From: the human T2T-CHM13v2.0 reference genome, Homo sapiens
Direction: 5' to 3' (one strand)
Assembly (NCBI RefSeq): GCF_009914755.1
Contig: NC_060925.1
DNA: 64,000 nucleotides
Shown here: positions 43,850 to 56,341 of the stretch, piece by piece
Layout: the number at the start of each line of letters is the position of its first letter
Position numbering within the stretch: position 1 is the first letter of the stretch
Notes under the pieces: model-generated
What the model was told of the DNA's origin: nothing
Seen by the model: the letters and a program-made list of their open reading frames with translations, nothing else
Databases searched by the model: none
Program-made: the position numbers and the translations under genes

Positions 43850-44530
43850 ACCCAGATTCCAAATCTCCTCACCCTCTCCAGGCTCCCACCCTGATCCCAC
43901 GGTCATCATGTTTGGACTGGTGCAGTAGCCTCCTGGCAGGCCCCTGGCTCCACTTACTCTCCATGCAGCAGCCAGTGTGACCCTGTGACACTCAGGGCTG
44001 AGCTGTCTCTGGTCTGCTTCTAAAGTCCCAGGGTCCTGCCTCACTGGGCACATCCAAGATGACAGTGTCCCCAGGCCCCCAGAGTCTCCAGCCCCCTCCC
44101 CCGTTGGCCTACTTCATCTCCTCTTCTACTCCCCTCCAGCCCCTCCAGCTCCTTCCTGAACCTGGGACCCTTGCAGCTCCTAGCTACAGGCTCTGGCCCT
44201 GCCCTTGCATCAGCTGGAACTTCTCCCATGTCTGTCCTGTTCCCTCCCACCTCCACCCCCTTCGTCCTTGCCTCAATGTCACCTGCTCTGAGAGCCCTCC
44301 CTGACCCCAATTTACAAGTGTGACCTCCAGCACTCCCTGCTCCCTCCCCTGCTTCCTTTTCCTCTAGCGCTCTTATGCACCCTGCAGTCCCATCTGATGC
44401 TCTGCATATGTCTCCTTCTAGATCTGAGCTCCCCACACAGAAGCCTTAATTGGTTCTGGGCTTTCCCCTGCGCTGCCTGGGACAGCGAATGCCCAGTAGG
44501 CGCCCAGTGAGTATTTGCTGAGAAAACAAT
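43850..44530 (+). mobile_element. L2 LINE fragment
   Basis: ggtcatcatgtttggactggtgcagtagcctcctggcagg ... ctccatgcagcagccagtgtgacc ... aatgtcacctgctctgagagccctccctgacc ... agtaggcgcccagtgagtatttgctg. Confidence 0.8.
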
Positions 44531-45379
44531 GACTTCAGCCCTGGCGATGTCCTACGGGGAAGATGTTGTCCTAAACAAGGGGCTGTCTCATTATTTCTCA
44601 AGGCAGCCCAAGGAAGCAGGTTCTAGGGATACCCCTGTGTTTCACCTGAGCGCACAGACCTGGCCTGGCCTGGCCTGGCTCGGCTCACTGTGATGCCCAG
44701 CTGCACCCAGGTAAGTGGGGGTGGGCTTGGAATTCTCACCTGGTCTTGCCCTCATAGAGGTGTGTGGCTGCTCCAGAGTGTTCCAGGGAGGGCAAGGTGA
44801 GGCTGGGGAGCCATGCCTCCTCCCCACACCATTTGCCAGTGCCGGGAATCTTGCTAATTTGATGAGGAACTGCTGTTTCATTTGCACATCACAACTGGAG
44901 CCAGCAGGAGCATCCCTCACAGAAGTTCTGCTGGCTAAAAGAGGGAGTCATTCTGACCGCATCTCCCCCCAGCCCCAGGGTATTTGGAACAAATTTGGTC
45001 CTGGGCCTTACATGTCCAAGACCTGCATCTCTGCTCAGGGCCCCAAGTGGGAGGTTCCTCTGAACATGCCTGATTTCACGCTAAACAGTCCTCGAGCTTT
45101 TGTTGGCATTGGCCCCATTTTCATGGACAGGGTTTTTGGGGGCCTAGGGCCTTATGGCAGGTGGGAAAATAATAATAGGAAAAATCCCTCATATCACAGG
45201 GGACAGCAAGGATTGTCCATTATGAAGTGAATGGAACTACTCTTAGCTAAAAATAATTTGGCTACATGACTCGTTCTCATCTTCTCCTTGTAGTCACCAG
45301 CATGCACTTAGGCCTCCTTTCCTCTCCTTTCCTCTACCTGATTCCCTCTCACCCTCACATGATGCCCTTTTTTTGGTAC

Positions 45380-45380
<1 letters not shown>

Positions 45381-45416
<36 letters not shown>
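45381..45416. repeat. (ATT)12 trinucleotide microsatellite
   Basis: Perfect attattatt... over 36 bp. Confidence 0.97.
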
Positions 45417-46399
45417 GCTTAACTAGGAGACAACATTTTTTGTACACAATTGTTATAAACATCCTCCACGTTAAGATAGGGGAAAAGCAAAGCAGAGCTA
45501 ATAGTGTACCTCCATCTGCAGGGACCAAATAAACCACTTTTCAAATTGCAAAAAGGATTAGAAACTAGAGTTCCATTAATGTCAGTTACAGCTGGAGACA
45601 GAGGGAGGAGTGGCCAGACATGGGGCCCACCCCACTGCCCCCCAGCTGTCCTTGCTCCTCTCCAGCCCCATATTCCCCAGTCTCCCGTCTCCTCCCCAAA
45701 CCCATCCTTCACACTGAACCTTAGAAAGTTAGTAGTCATAATAGTAATGCTTATTGACAACAGTGTATGTTCCAGCTGCTGAGCTGAGTACTTTATATGA
45801 AATAACATTTCCATTTACCCAAAATATCATGTATGTATTTTCCATCATTTCCCTATTCACTGGACAGTTACCAAACCCTATCATAGTTGTGGCAGCATTC
45901 AGGAAAGCAAACTAGTATTTCTTGAACGATTATTATATGCCAGTCACCATTATCTCAGCTTATCCCCACAATGATTTCTTTCTTATAAAGAAGTCAAGGC
46001 TCATGGCTCTGGATTAAAATTACACAGCACTTGCTCTGGGTCTCTTGGTCATCCACTGAGGGTCTAATAGACAATGACTTGTCTCTCCTATTCACCTGTC
46101 TCTCCAGTAAGGAGCTCCCCATCTGATCAGGGGGCAATATTATTATTGTTACTACTGCTGACGTCATCATAGTAACCAAACTGCAGCAACAACAGCCACA
46201 GCTACACTTCCTTGCAGAGTCCACCATGTGATTTGAGCTATGCTAAGCATCTACTCCCAAGATGACCTTTAATACACAAGGCAGGAGTTGGTCCTGGTGA
46301 CAGAAACAGATAAGTGAGGCTAAGGACTTGCCCAGGATACCAGTGAGTCAGTGCCCAAACCAAGACATAAACCCAGGACTGGTCCATCACCTTGGCTGG

Positions 46400-46700
46400 C
46401 TTTTACCACAAGGAAGTGTGATTTCAAGAGAGGAGAGAGGGCCATGTCTGCAAGGTGAGCGGAGAAGCTGAGAAAATCTGGCTGCAGAAGGAAGCATGAA
46501 ACAGAAGTGCAGAGAATCCAAGATGAAACCCATAAGCGGGTGGACAGGCAGGGTTGCCTGGGTCCCTGTTTCACGCTGCGTCAGACCCAGGTCCCTTAAG
46601 TTCCTTAGGACACCCTCTAGAGCTAGTACCCTCCCATATCTCATTTTTGTTTGCTTAAACTAGACTGAATGTTTTCCTGTTATTTACAAGGAACTCTAAT
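46400..46700 (+). mobile_element. Old MLT1-type LTR relic
   Basis: The 3' end tttgcttaaactagactgaatgttttcctgttatttacaaggaactctaat resembles the MLT1 terminus. Confidence 0.5.
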
Positions 46701-48189
46701 TCCATGCCCCCCCCAAAAAAAACAAAAAAAAAAACCCCTGTTCATTAAAAAATAAAATCTGCATTAAAAAAGCTCCATTTCTAATACTGAATGTCTTTTT
46801 CTCGGAGAGCCCTCATAAATAACGGAAAGGAGGTTTTTGCAAACCTTTATGGAAATTAAACCCACAATTCGGGCGCACGCTTGTTTAACAAGTGATAATT
46901 AACTGCTGACAATATAATTTCAGCTTGGAAGAAAACGTGTTTTTCATTAAAAAGTAATCAAAGAGATCCTTGCATTGGGGAGTTGGGTCTCCTCTGCAGG
47001 AGCTCAGCTCCTCTGCTGACAGAGGTTCTGGTTGGCACTGAGTATCTGCTGCTCCCTGCCAGAAATCGGGCATGACCCCAGGACACTAGGATTTCAGACC
47101 CCTGGGCTTTCCATGACCCATAAAATCCAGGGCAATTTCCAGAAGCCGACTCGGCCACCCCTTTCTCACTAAGGGCCTCCTCTGGGCTTCTCTCCCTGAG
47201 AAGGTTCCTGGAGCTGGCTGGTGGGGGCTTAGTGCTGACCCCAGCTTCAGGGAAAGAACAAATACTCCATCTCTGCAGCCTGTATCATGCTCAAGGATCT
47301 TCAGGGAGTGTACCTATCCTTCAACTTCACAGAGGAGGAAATCGAGGCTTACAGATTTGGAGTTGCTGGTTGAAGGCCACACACACAGCTGATGAGGGCC
47401 CAACTGGAGAGAGGTGTGAATTCTGACCATCTGATTCCCACATCACACGACCTCCACTCCATTCCCCAACTCCTTTTCTCTAATGAACTCCTCTGTTCTG
47501 GCTTCAATTTCCTCATCTGTAAAATGAAGATAGTAGTAGTATTCTCCTTGTGAGGCTGTTTGAGGATGAAATAAATGTGTATATATATATATATCAAACA
47601 CTTATAATAGTGACTGACACATAGCAAGCCCTTCATAAGTGTTATCTACAATGTTTATTGGTTATTACTATTAATGCTAATACTTTTTTCCTCCAACCTG
47701 TGAACCAGTTGGCTCTGCCCCTTTGATCATCTCTGTATCCTCTTTGGGACTCTATCCAGATCTCCAGCATCCATTTATGAGGGAATGTGATACTGAATGT
47801 CGTGTGAGGAGTTGCTTCCCGGGTCCTGAAGATCAGAGTCCTCTGAGGACAGACATGCCCATATTCTCCTGGCTGCTGATACAAAAAAACTCCACTTGTC
47901 CAACCTGTGCTAACCTGTAACCAACTATATCTGTTGGAATATTTTTGCCCCCATTTTCATCCTCTAGGTCTTCCTAGGAGTCTCCAGAATTTACACCCCC
48001 TCCCATATACCAAAGAAAACTCTAAGATAAGTACATTTAAAATAAAGACATAAAAGAAATAATCAAAATCCTAAAAATAAAACCAGATATTATTTTAAAA
48101 GAGCAGGAATATTGAGGACCAAATGTATGATCTTTGGAATGAAAACTCAGTGAATGAGTACATGATTAAAGTAGCATATTAGGCAAAGC

Positions 48190-48909
48190 TGAGAAACAAA
48201 AATAAAATCCTAAGCACCCCAACAGACTAAAAAGACCTCCTCTTCACCAAGGGAACCCCAGAGAAACCTTGAAAACTGAGTTCCTGGCCATAACAGGACA
48301 GGAGGCTGGACACACCTTGTTATACCCTTTCCTTGCTAATTGCCATTAGTCTGTCTTCCCTAAGGGTTAAGGAGCAGTCAGCCCTTTCAAAAGACTCATG
48401 CCACTGCTGATTTCAGCCAATCACCTTATGCTTCTCCTCCGTTTTGTGCTTTTGACACAGCAACTGACCAGGATTCCTTCCTGATAAGAGGCCACTGACC
48501 ATGCAGTGGTTCTGGCCAGGCTACAGAGGATGTGCAGTGAGGGTTTTGTGTCTTCTGCTTCATCGTTTGACACCAGAGGGCCAAAAACTCTGCCCTTGGA
48601 TTATGCTAGCACTGCCATTTTTTGAACACGTGAACCACAAAGAGGCATAAAGTTCAGTTGTGTGTGCACACGTTTCTCCTTTCATAAATATTCATGACTC
48701 TTCCTATAGCTTATTAAATATGTATACCTGGCCAACCCATTCAGCAAACATTCCTGTTTATCCTTCCCTCCCTCAAAGTTTTAGCTTTTGGCTTCTGCCA
48801 GAGGCTCTGCTTCTCAGTCTGTGGGATGGCCAGCCTGTAGGCTCCAACCTTTTATAAGAAATGAAGTTCTCCTTTCCAATTTATAAACCTAGTGATTCTT
48901 CAGTTGACA
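48190..48909 (+). mobile_element. MER39-like ERV1 solo LTR
   Basis: Starts tgagaaacaaaaataaaatcctaagc and ends ttcttcagttgaca. 720 bp. Perfect 4-bp TSD AAGC (48186-48189 / 48910-48913). Confidence 0.85.
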
Positions 48910-49984
48910 AAGCTAAAGAGAAAACTATGAACATGAATGTAGACAAAAGGAAACTTTCCAGAGTACAGGTCAGAAAAGAACATTGGAGAAAAATATGAAA
49001 GCAAAATTAAGAGAAATTAGGTTAGTATAAGATGATCCACCCTACATGAAATAGGGGTTCTGGAATACAAGAAAAGAAGGAATGAAAAAGAAAACACTCA
49101 AATCAATAAGGAACAGGGATTTTTCAGAATTTGCAGAAGAGGAATTTTGGATTCAATAAGTCCTATGAATCCTAAGAAGGCTAAACCAAACTATATGTAT
49201 ATCTAGACCTGGATCTACCAATACCTATATCTACACCTATATCAGTGGGAATTGATAAACTGCAACTACAAACATAATGTTGAGAAGAAAAATAACTCAG
49301 ATACAAATGGGAATATACTACATTTATTTATAAAATACAAATGTAAATGATAAAATATACTATATTTATAAAAACTTCTAAAGCAAGCAAATCTAATCTA
49401 TGGTGTTAGAAGTGGTTATCCTTGTTGAAGGACTAGCGACTGGATTGGAGCATGATGGAGATTTGGCTATGCATTTTCTAAAAAAGCTTTAGTTAAATAG
49501 GGGAAAAAAAGGCAATCAGAAAAAGGATGGATCACAACTAAGGAAAGACACACAATGGGATGACAGCAGACTACACAGTGGCAACAATAGAGACTAGAAA
49601 ACAATGGAATGTTTTCAATACCAAGAAGAATAACTAGTGAAGTAGAATTCTAGTTCCAGCTATACCATCAACTAAAAGTTGATGAGAGAGAAAAAGTATA
49701 TTTTCAGATACAAACTGAGAGTTTACTGCTCAGGAGATCTTGTTAAGGGAACTAATAAAAGATCACTTCAAGAAGAAGGACATTGAACCTAAAAGGAAGG
49801 ACTAAGAGGAAAACAGCAACAGTGTGCAGAAAGGTTAATGTGCTTAGGGAAAATGGCAATTATTCAGTGGCTAGATGAAGCAAGCAAAACCAGCAACAAT
49901 AAGAGTAAGAACTAAGTTGGAGAGGTACAAAAAGAAGATGGAATCATAGCACTATATAAAACCAACATTAAAATGGGAGTGAAA

Positions 49985-50110
49985 GCTGGGTGTGTTGGCA
50001 CACACCCGTAGTCCCAGCTACTTGGGAGGCTGAGGAAGGAGGATTGCTTGAGCCCAGGAGTTCAAAGCCAGCCTGAACAACATAGAGAGACCCTGTTTCT
50101 AAAAATAAAC
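49985..50110 (+). mobile_element. FLAM (Alu left monomer)
   Basis: gctgggtgtgttggcacacacccgtagtcccagctact...gagcccaggagttcaaagccagcctgaacaacatagagagaccctgtttctaaaaa. Confidence 0.85.
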
Positions 50111-53100
50111 AAACATACAAACAAAATTTGGAAGGAGGAGATCAGAGTTAAGGTCCTGGTGTTGTTAGGGAGAGGTGAGAGAGATTTATTAGCATTAGAC
50201 TGTTTTAATTCAAATATGCCTTCTCATTTTTAAGATAACTATTAAACGAAGCAGAACAAAATGTAGACTTTCAAAACCAAAAAGGTAATAGACAATATTT
50301 GATAAATATAACAAACAGGAGAAAATGAGTGAAAAAGAAAGCAAAGCAAAAAGCAAAAAAGAAAAAAAAAAGAAAAAAAGAAAAAGTAAAAGAAAGAAAA
50401 AAGAAACAAAAACAAAAAACAAACTCAGGATCAATAGAAATCACAAATAAGTAGAAAAAATCCTGCTATTGTTACTTTAGTGAATGACTTTAACCCTCTG
50501 GGTCTGTTTCCTCATCAGTAAACTGGAGAGAATAGCACATTTTGTTAAAGGGTTATAATTAGCACTTTCCATTTAAGAGCTATCATGAGAATCAAACTCA
50601 GTGGGCACCACATGAGGGCAGGTTGCTAGCACTATTACTATGTGACTCTGCACCAGGCACAGCCCTAAGTTCGCCCCACGTGCCATCTCACCTAAGCCTC
50701 CCACAGCCCCGTGGGGGAAGGGACCACTGTCATCTTCACTTTGCTGATGAGGAAACTGAGGCCCTGAGGTGAGAGGCTTGCCAAGATCACGCAGCTGGGG
50801 AATGGCTGAGCCTGGACACAGCTGGAGTATTCTGACTCTGAAGCCACCTGCTGACCCTGTGACCTTGACCAGCTGAGGTCACCTCTCTGGGCCTCAGTTT
50901 CCTCATCTGTTCCTTGTGGTGTACAGGGCAGTCACGAGGCTGGGCAGAGATGAGATGTGCCGGCCCTCGGCAGCGTTCCTAGAACAGGCAGCCCAGTCAA
51001 TGAGTGATGGCTCCTGCTATTATCATGACCCATGCTGGGGTTCGCTGCTCTCACCTCTGTTGCACAGGCAAGGAGCCCGAGGCTTAGGGAAGCCAAGAGC
51101 TGGCTTCATCTTGCTGATCTGCGCTGACTTGTAGGCTTCAGGTCCTGGCTGGAGTGTGAGCTGTGGGAGGGAGCTTGTCTGGTTTCACTGATTTATACCC
51201 AGGGTTAGGCCTGGGTAACGAATGAACGAATGAATGAATGAATGATGCTCCACGCATCCATTATTCCCACACAATGTTCTTCATGCTGGGAGCCTCCCCA
51301 GATGAAGGCAGCTCTGAGAAGCCTCACAGTGTCAGGACACAAGCAAGCTTTCCATCGGGACAAACGAGGCCCAGACTTCCAGCCTTATTTGACTCCCTAG
51401 CACTTATCATTGTCAGACACGTTTTACATATTCATCTCTTATGATCCACATCCCCCCAGCACAACACCAGCTCCAGGAGAGCAGGGACTTTGTCTTATTC
51501 ACTGCTAGGTCCTACGCAGTAGGTACTCAGTAAAAGTCTGTCATTGAAATGACATCACTGCTCTGGACCTCAGTTTCCTCATCTGTACAGTGGGAGGATG
51601 ATGTCCCTTTGCGTCTGTTGTGGGAACACAGTGAGACACTGTTCATCCAGTCCTCGGTGCAGAAACCACTGATATGGGTGAGCGGCTGCCCTTCACCCCA
51701 CTGATCCCAGGGTCTTCTATAAGAAGTGGATTTTATGCTCATCACAGTGTGAGTGTCTTTTTCTTCCTTCTTTGATGGTGAGGCTTTCTGCAGTCAAGCT
51801 TTATTTTATCAGAATAAGAGATTATCTAGGTGGCTCAAGCAGTCCATCAGGAAATTTCCAAAGGGACAAAAAGGCAAGAAGTGTCTGTCCCAAGACAACT
51901 CTGCTGTGTCTTTATTCTTCATTTAGTCTGTAACAGCATCAACCGTGTTTTGGATGTTTGCAGCATCCCAGGGACAGTACTGTTTTACCCACATTTCTCC
52001 TGTATACCTGTGAGAGGTGTTATCCCCAGTTTAGAAATGAAGGAAGGGAGGTTTGGGAGGTGAGTGAAACCTGCCCAATGACGTGGCTGGGCTGAGACTC
52101 AAATTCAAGTCTGTCTGACTCTGAAGCCCTCAATTCTTTTGTTCCTTAAATTCTCAGAAACCTCTAGTCTCTTCCTTACCAAATAATCTCTTCTAACCGG
52201 GGCCAGTGCTTTGTGGGAAACAGCATTTTAAATGCCTGTGTTTAATTGTGTAGAAGGAAATTTGATCTGATTTTATAGGAGCCACCTCTGCCTATTGCTG
52301 TCTTTCTCTTTTTTAAAAAAATAACTTCTTCGTCTATCTTCAGAGGCAATTTGTGATGATGATCATGGACAATTTGAAGAATGTGGCAAATGGAAGAGGA
52401 GTTGGGTCACCTATGGCTCCCCCACTTACAGGTGGCCTGGGGTGTCCTTGGCTGTCCATGAAAATGAGCAGAGTTCCCTTGATCCTGTTCCTGGGGGACA
52501 TGCTGGGGCAGCCCCTGAGGCTGGACTTGCTACAGGAGAGCAGAAGGTGTTGGGGAATCCAAGTCAGAATGGCCCTGCTGGCCAGAGCCTGTGCAGATGA
52601 CTGGCTGGGGCAGTCACTGCATCTCTGCGCCCAACGCCATCAGCTAAGGTGGGGAGACATGTTGGCCCTGGAACCACTGGGAGTGCTACAGGTGATAGAC
52701 CCCAAGGTAACTCATGGTCACCTGATTCCCTGGACCCACCAGGGCCACTTCCAGGTTCCTGGGCCCTGGACATGGAATCTGCTAAGTTTGGCCGCACAGA
52801 GCTGACCGTTGTGCTCTCTCCGCCTGTCCTCGCTGCTCATGGGATGAAGTCCATGCTCCTCGCCATGGAAATCCAGGCCCCTTGTGGTGGGCTCCTGCCT
52901 CTCTCTTAGACTGGCCTCCTCCCTCTCTCGCACCCCTGCCTGGGCCAATCCCATCAGGCCTGACTAGGGCGGCGTGACTGTCATCCAAGCTGGAAGAAGT
53001 GGGCACAGGGCAGAGAAGTGAAGGATCAGCAGGGTCAGACACAGGTGAGTGACGAGGGGCTGTTCATCCTCTGCAGGTGGGACCAGGTACGTGTGGTTTC

Positions 53101-54464
53101 CACTGCCTTAGGGCAAGAAGACAGTTGAATAGGCTGGATTATTTAAGAAAACAGACTTGTAGGAGCAGGAAGAAGTCCCAGAATCACAGATGAAGAGCTG
53201 AATCACAGCATTCAGTCCACACGGTGACAGCAGGGCAGCATCGAGTCCTTGTCAACAGACCTGGATCCTCCCCAGCCACCGTCAGCCCTGCAGGGGTGAG
53301 ATCCGCAGGCTGATCTCTTATCAATACCGGCGGCATCAGGGTCAGTGTGGAGACCCCGAGACGCATTGTGTTTTCCCGGGCTTTCACTCAGTGCAGACCC
53401 CTTGGCCCCATTCAGAGGCGTCGATTCTCACTTTCTTCCCAAGCTCCCCTGCTTGTTTCCATGTTTCTTAGGCCCACCTGATGTTAGAGACAGCACAAGG
53501 CAGCAGGAGGGGAGAGACGGGAGGACACTGGAGGAGTCAAGGGAACAAGGGACGGCTGGAGGAGCGTGACAAGTGACACGAGGACATGCGGTGAGAGGCA
53601 CCTGTTCATCAAGCCACAGTTGTTTTGAAAAGGACTCGGAGCAGCTCCTAAAACACACACTGTACACTGAGATCATTCATTCATTCCCTGGGCCAGTGCT
53701 TACTGAGCACCTACTATGTGCCAGGCCCTGTGCTGCTGCTGAGATGCACTGAGGAGTGAGACTCGATCCATTTCCTCAGGATGAGGTGTGTGGTGTGTGT
53801 GATAAACTCTAACCCAGATCCAGGCCTCTTGTGAGAGTCCCCTAATTCCTCAGTGAGTTTTAGAATTTGGGCAACCATCCTTAATTTACAGGGGAGTAAC
53901 TGAGGCCCAGATGCAGGAATGACTGGTCTGACGGTTTGGGCCCAGGTTTTTTGAGTCCCTATACCCAAGCTCTGTCCACAGCATCACCTGGCCTCAGGGT
54001 CTCATAAGATGATCACGGTGACAGCTTAACCCTTATCCCTGATTCCCACACCACACAGCAAAACTTCCCAAGCTGACATTACTCTGGTTGGAGGTTAATT
54101 TTTAGGGAGATAGTAAAAATGTGTTATTTAAATATTGATTATTAAAATCATTATGTAAATTATGTTTGCTACATAATAGGTAATAACCTGTGACTTGAAT
54201 GTGAAAGCAATACAGGCAATTCTGTTTTTCTCTTTCCACTGTACCTAGGGTTTATCCTAGGGAGTGGCCCACTCTATACCAATATTGATATTTGGTTAAT
54301 AATGTTCTTATTAAATCTGAACTGAAGTCACTTTAGGAACCTTCTCTTAGAGGAATGCACTGATTTGCCAAGACCTTGGCCCCAGACGTCTGAGCAGAGA
54401 TGCTTTCCTTGGAGTTGGAGTTTTCCGCTCTGTAAATTACTTTCCCCTCATGTCCAGCTGGAAC

Positions 54465-54890
54465 ACATTCAACCATTTATCCATTTATGTATTTGCACAA
54501 CTATTTATTTGCTGTTTCTTATCTTTTTACATCTATTCATTCATTATTAGCCTCTTCAAATTTTTCTTTTGTTTATTGTTTCATTTATTTCTTCACCTGC
54601 TCATTCATGTGTTACTGTGTTTCTTGTTTGACTCCTTGGTTCATTCATTCCTACTTCCATTGTTTGTCCTTTCATTCATTCATTCTTCCTTCCTTTGTCC
54701 ATCGTGCACTCAGCTCCTCAGTCATCAACCATTCCTTCTGTCATCCTTTATTTCATTGGTTCATTCATTCGCTCCTTCCCAAGCCTGCTCATTCATTCAT
54801 CACCTCATTCATGCATTTACTCATGATTCCTCAGTTTATTGGTTTATTCAATGATTAATGCACTTTCCAATTAATTAATAATTAATTCAT
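54465..54890. repeat. Degenerate (TTCA)n / pyrimidine-rich low-complexity tract
   Basis: Recurrent ttcattcattc units over ~420 bp, typical of an expanded L2 tail. Confidence 0.85.
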
Positions 54891-55034
54891 GCATCAGTTG
54901 ACAAAAATAATGTCGTTGTTAATGTTCTCTGTGCATTGAGTGTTTGTCCAGTGTATTCCTGCCACTCTCACCACTCCCACCCCAGCATATTCTGTGCATC
55001 TCAGCTAAAAAGGGCCTTCCTTCTGGGGCCTTCC

Positions 55035-55345
55035 TTTTTGTTGTTGTTGTTGTTGTTGAGACGGAGTTTCGTTCTTGTTGCCCAGGTGCTGGAGTGCAAT
55101 GGAACTATCTCAGCTCACTACAACCTCTGCCTCCTGGGTTCAACTGCCTCAGCCTCCTGCCTCAGCTTCCCAAGTAGCTAGGATAACAGGGTGCACCACC
55201 ATGCCAGGCTAATGTTTATATTTTTAGTAGAGATGGGGTTTTGCCATGTTGGCTAGGCTGGTCTTGAACTCCTGACCTCAGGTGACCCACCTGCCTCGGC
55301 CTCCTAAATTGCTGGGATTACAGGCATGAGCCACCACACCTGACC
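55035..55345 (-). mobile_element. AluS-type SINE with (TTG)n tail
   Basis: ttgttgttg...gagacggagtttcgttcttgttgcccagg...ctcaggtgacccacctgcctcggcc. Contains a small internal duplication of ctgcctcagc. Confidence 0.93.
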
Positions 55346-55409
55346 CCTACTTATTTTTATAACACACTTTTTATTAAGGTGTAATGTGAAACACACACAG
55401 AGAAAGGGA

Positions 55410-56341
55410 GAGATGTTCCTCAACTTTATGTCTCTATAAACCTATCATTAGTTGAAAATATCGTAAGTTGAAAATGTATTTAATATACCTAACCTACTGA
55501 ACATCACAACTTAGCCTAGCTGATCTTAAAAGTGCTCAGAACACTTCCATTAGCCTGCAGTTGGGCAAAATCATCTGGCAACTCAGTCCACTGTAGAGTA
55601 TCCTTTGTTTAACCTGGTGATCGCATGGTTGACTGTGTGCTGCAGCTCACTGTGACTGCCTGGCATCTAGAGAGGACTGTAACTGAATGTAGGTTCAATC
55701 ACTGCTTGCAGAGTCTCATTAACAAGAGCTAGGTATGGCAGAAAGAAAGTGGCTTTCTTAACCAAAACTAGTAATGGGGAAGTGGCTGGATTCCCATCCA
55801 AGGTACCCATTTTGATTTCTTGGGGGAAAGCAAGGGCATAAAAAGGGAAAACAATATGGAAGGCAGGTAAGAATTGTGCTGAGTATAATGTCTGTGTGTC
55901 TTATTTCAGTGGCTATTATGGGTTCCAGTCTACTTGGAGCACAGGCTGGCATCATCTCAACAATGGCTGGGTTGTTGACTAGCTGCCTTGAAGTAATCTC
56001 TGGAATTTTGTAGCTGGGTCTATCTGTCTCAAGATTAGAACTTCGAAAAAGGCATGTAATTATATACTAGCATATAGTTAGATAACTAAGAAGGGAGTAT
56101 ATATGCTGAGAAAGGAAGGGACTTGGAGTCTGTTTTAAGGCTAAGGAAAAAGGCCTCTGCAGTTTGCTTAAGGTTGTATCTTGAAACTCAAGGGAAAGGG
56201 AAAAAAAGTTCTAAAATACAGTTTGAAGTTAAGCTGCCCAGTTACAGTATCATACTACTTTCTACTGAACACATATTATTTTTGCAGCATGGTAAAATCG
56301 GAAAGTCATAAGTCAAACCATTGTAAGTGAGGAACTGTCTG
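55410..56341 (+). mobile_element. MER47B-like (TcMar-Tigger) DNA transposon, split by an LTR
   Basis: Left part agatgttcctcaac...aaaatatcgtaagttgaaaatg...gggcaaaatcatctggcaac. Right part ...aagtcaaaccattgtaagtgaggaactgtctg followed by TA. Confidence 0.8.
55678..56246 (-). mobile_element. ERV1-class solo LTR, MER66-like
   Basis: tgtaac...gttaca inverted termini, 569 bp. The reverse complement starts tgtaactgggcagcttaacttcaaa. MER47 sequence continues on both sides. Confidence 0.75.

Larger units (their letters stand above)
48030..50460 (+). mobile_element. Very old A-rich L1 (L1M/L1ME-like) fragments hosting an LTR and a FLAM
   Basis: Strong A-skew. ORF1-like ...cagcagactacacagtggcaacaatagagactagaaaacaatggaat...agaattcta...ccagcta. 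L1ME-like 3' piece at ~49270-49470. Confidence 0.6.

Noticed and set aside
45266-45532. ORF with poly-Tyr run
   Set aside because: Translation of the (ATT)12 microsatellite.
53041-53095. Closely spaced splice-like signals (cag|gtgagt, ctgcag|, cag|gtacgt)
   Set aside because: The implied intron (~33 nt) is too short for the spliceosome and no consistent exon chain could be built. Such motifs occur by chance.
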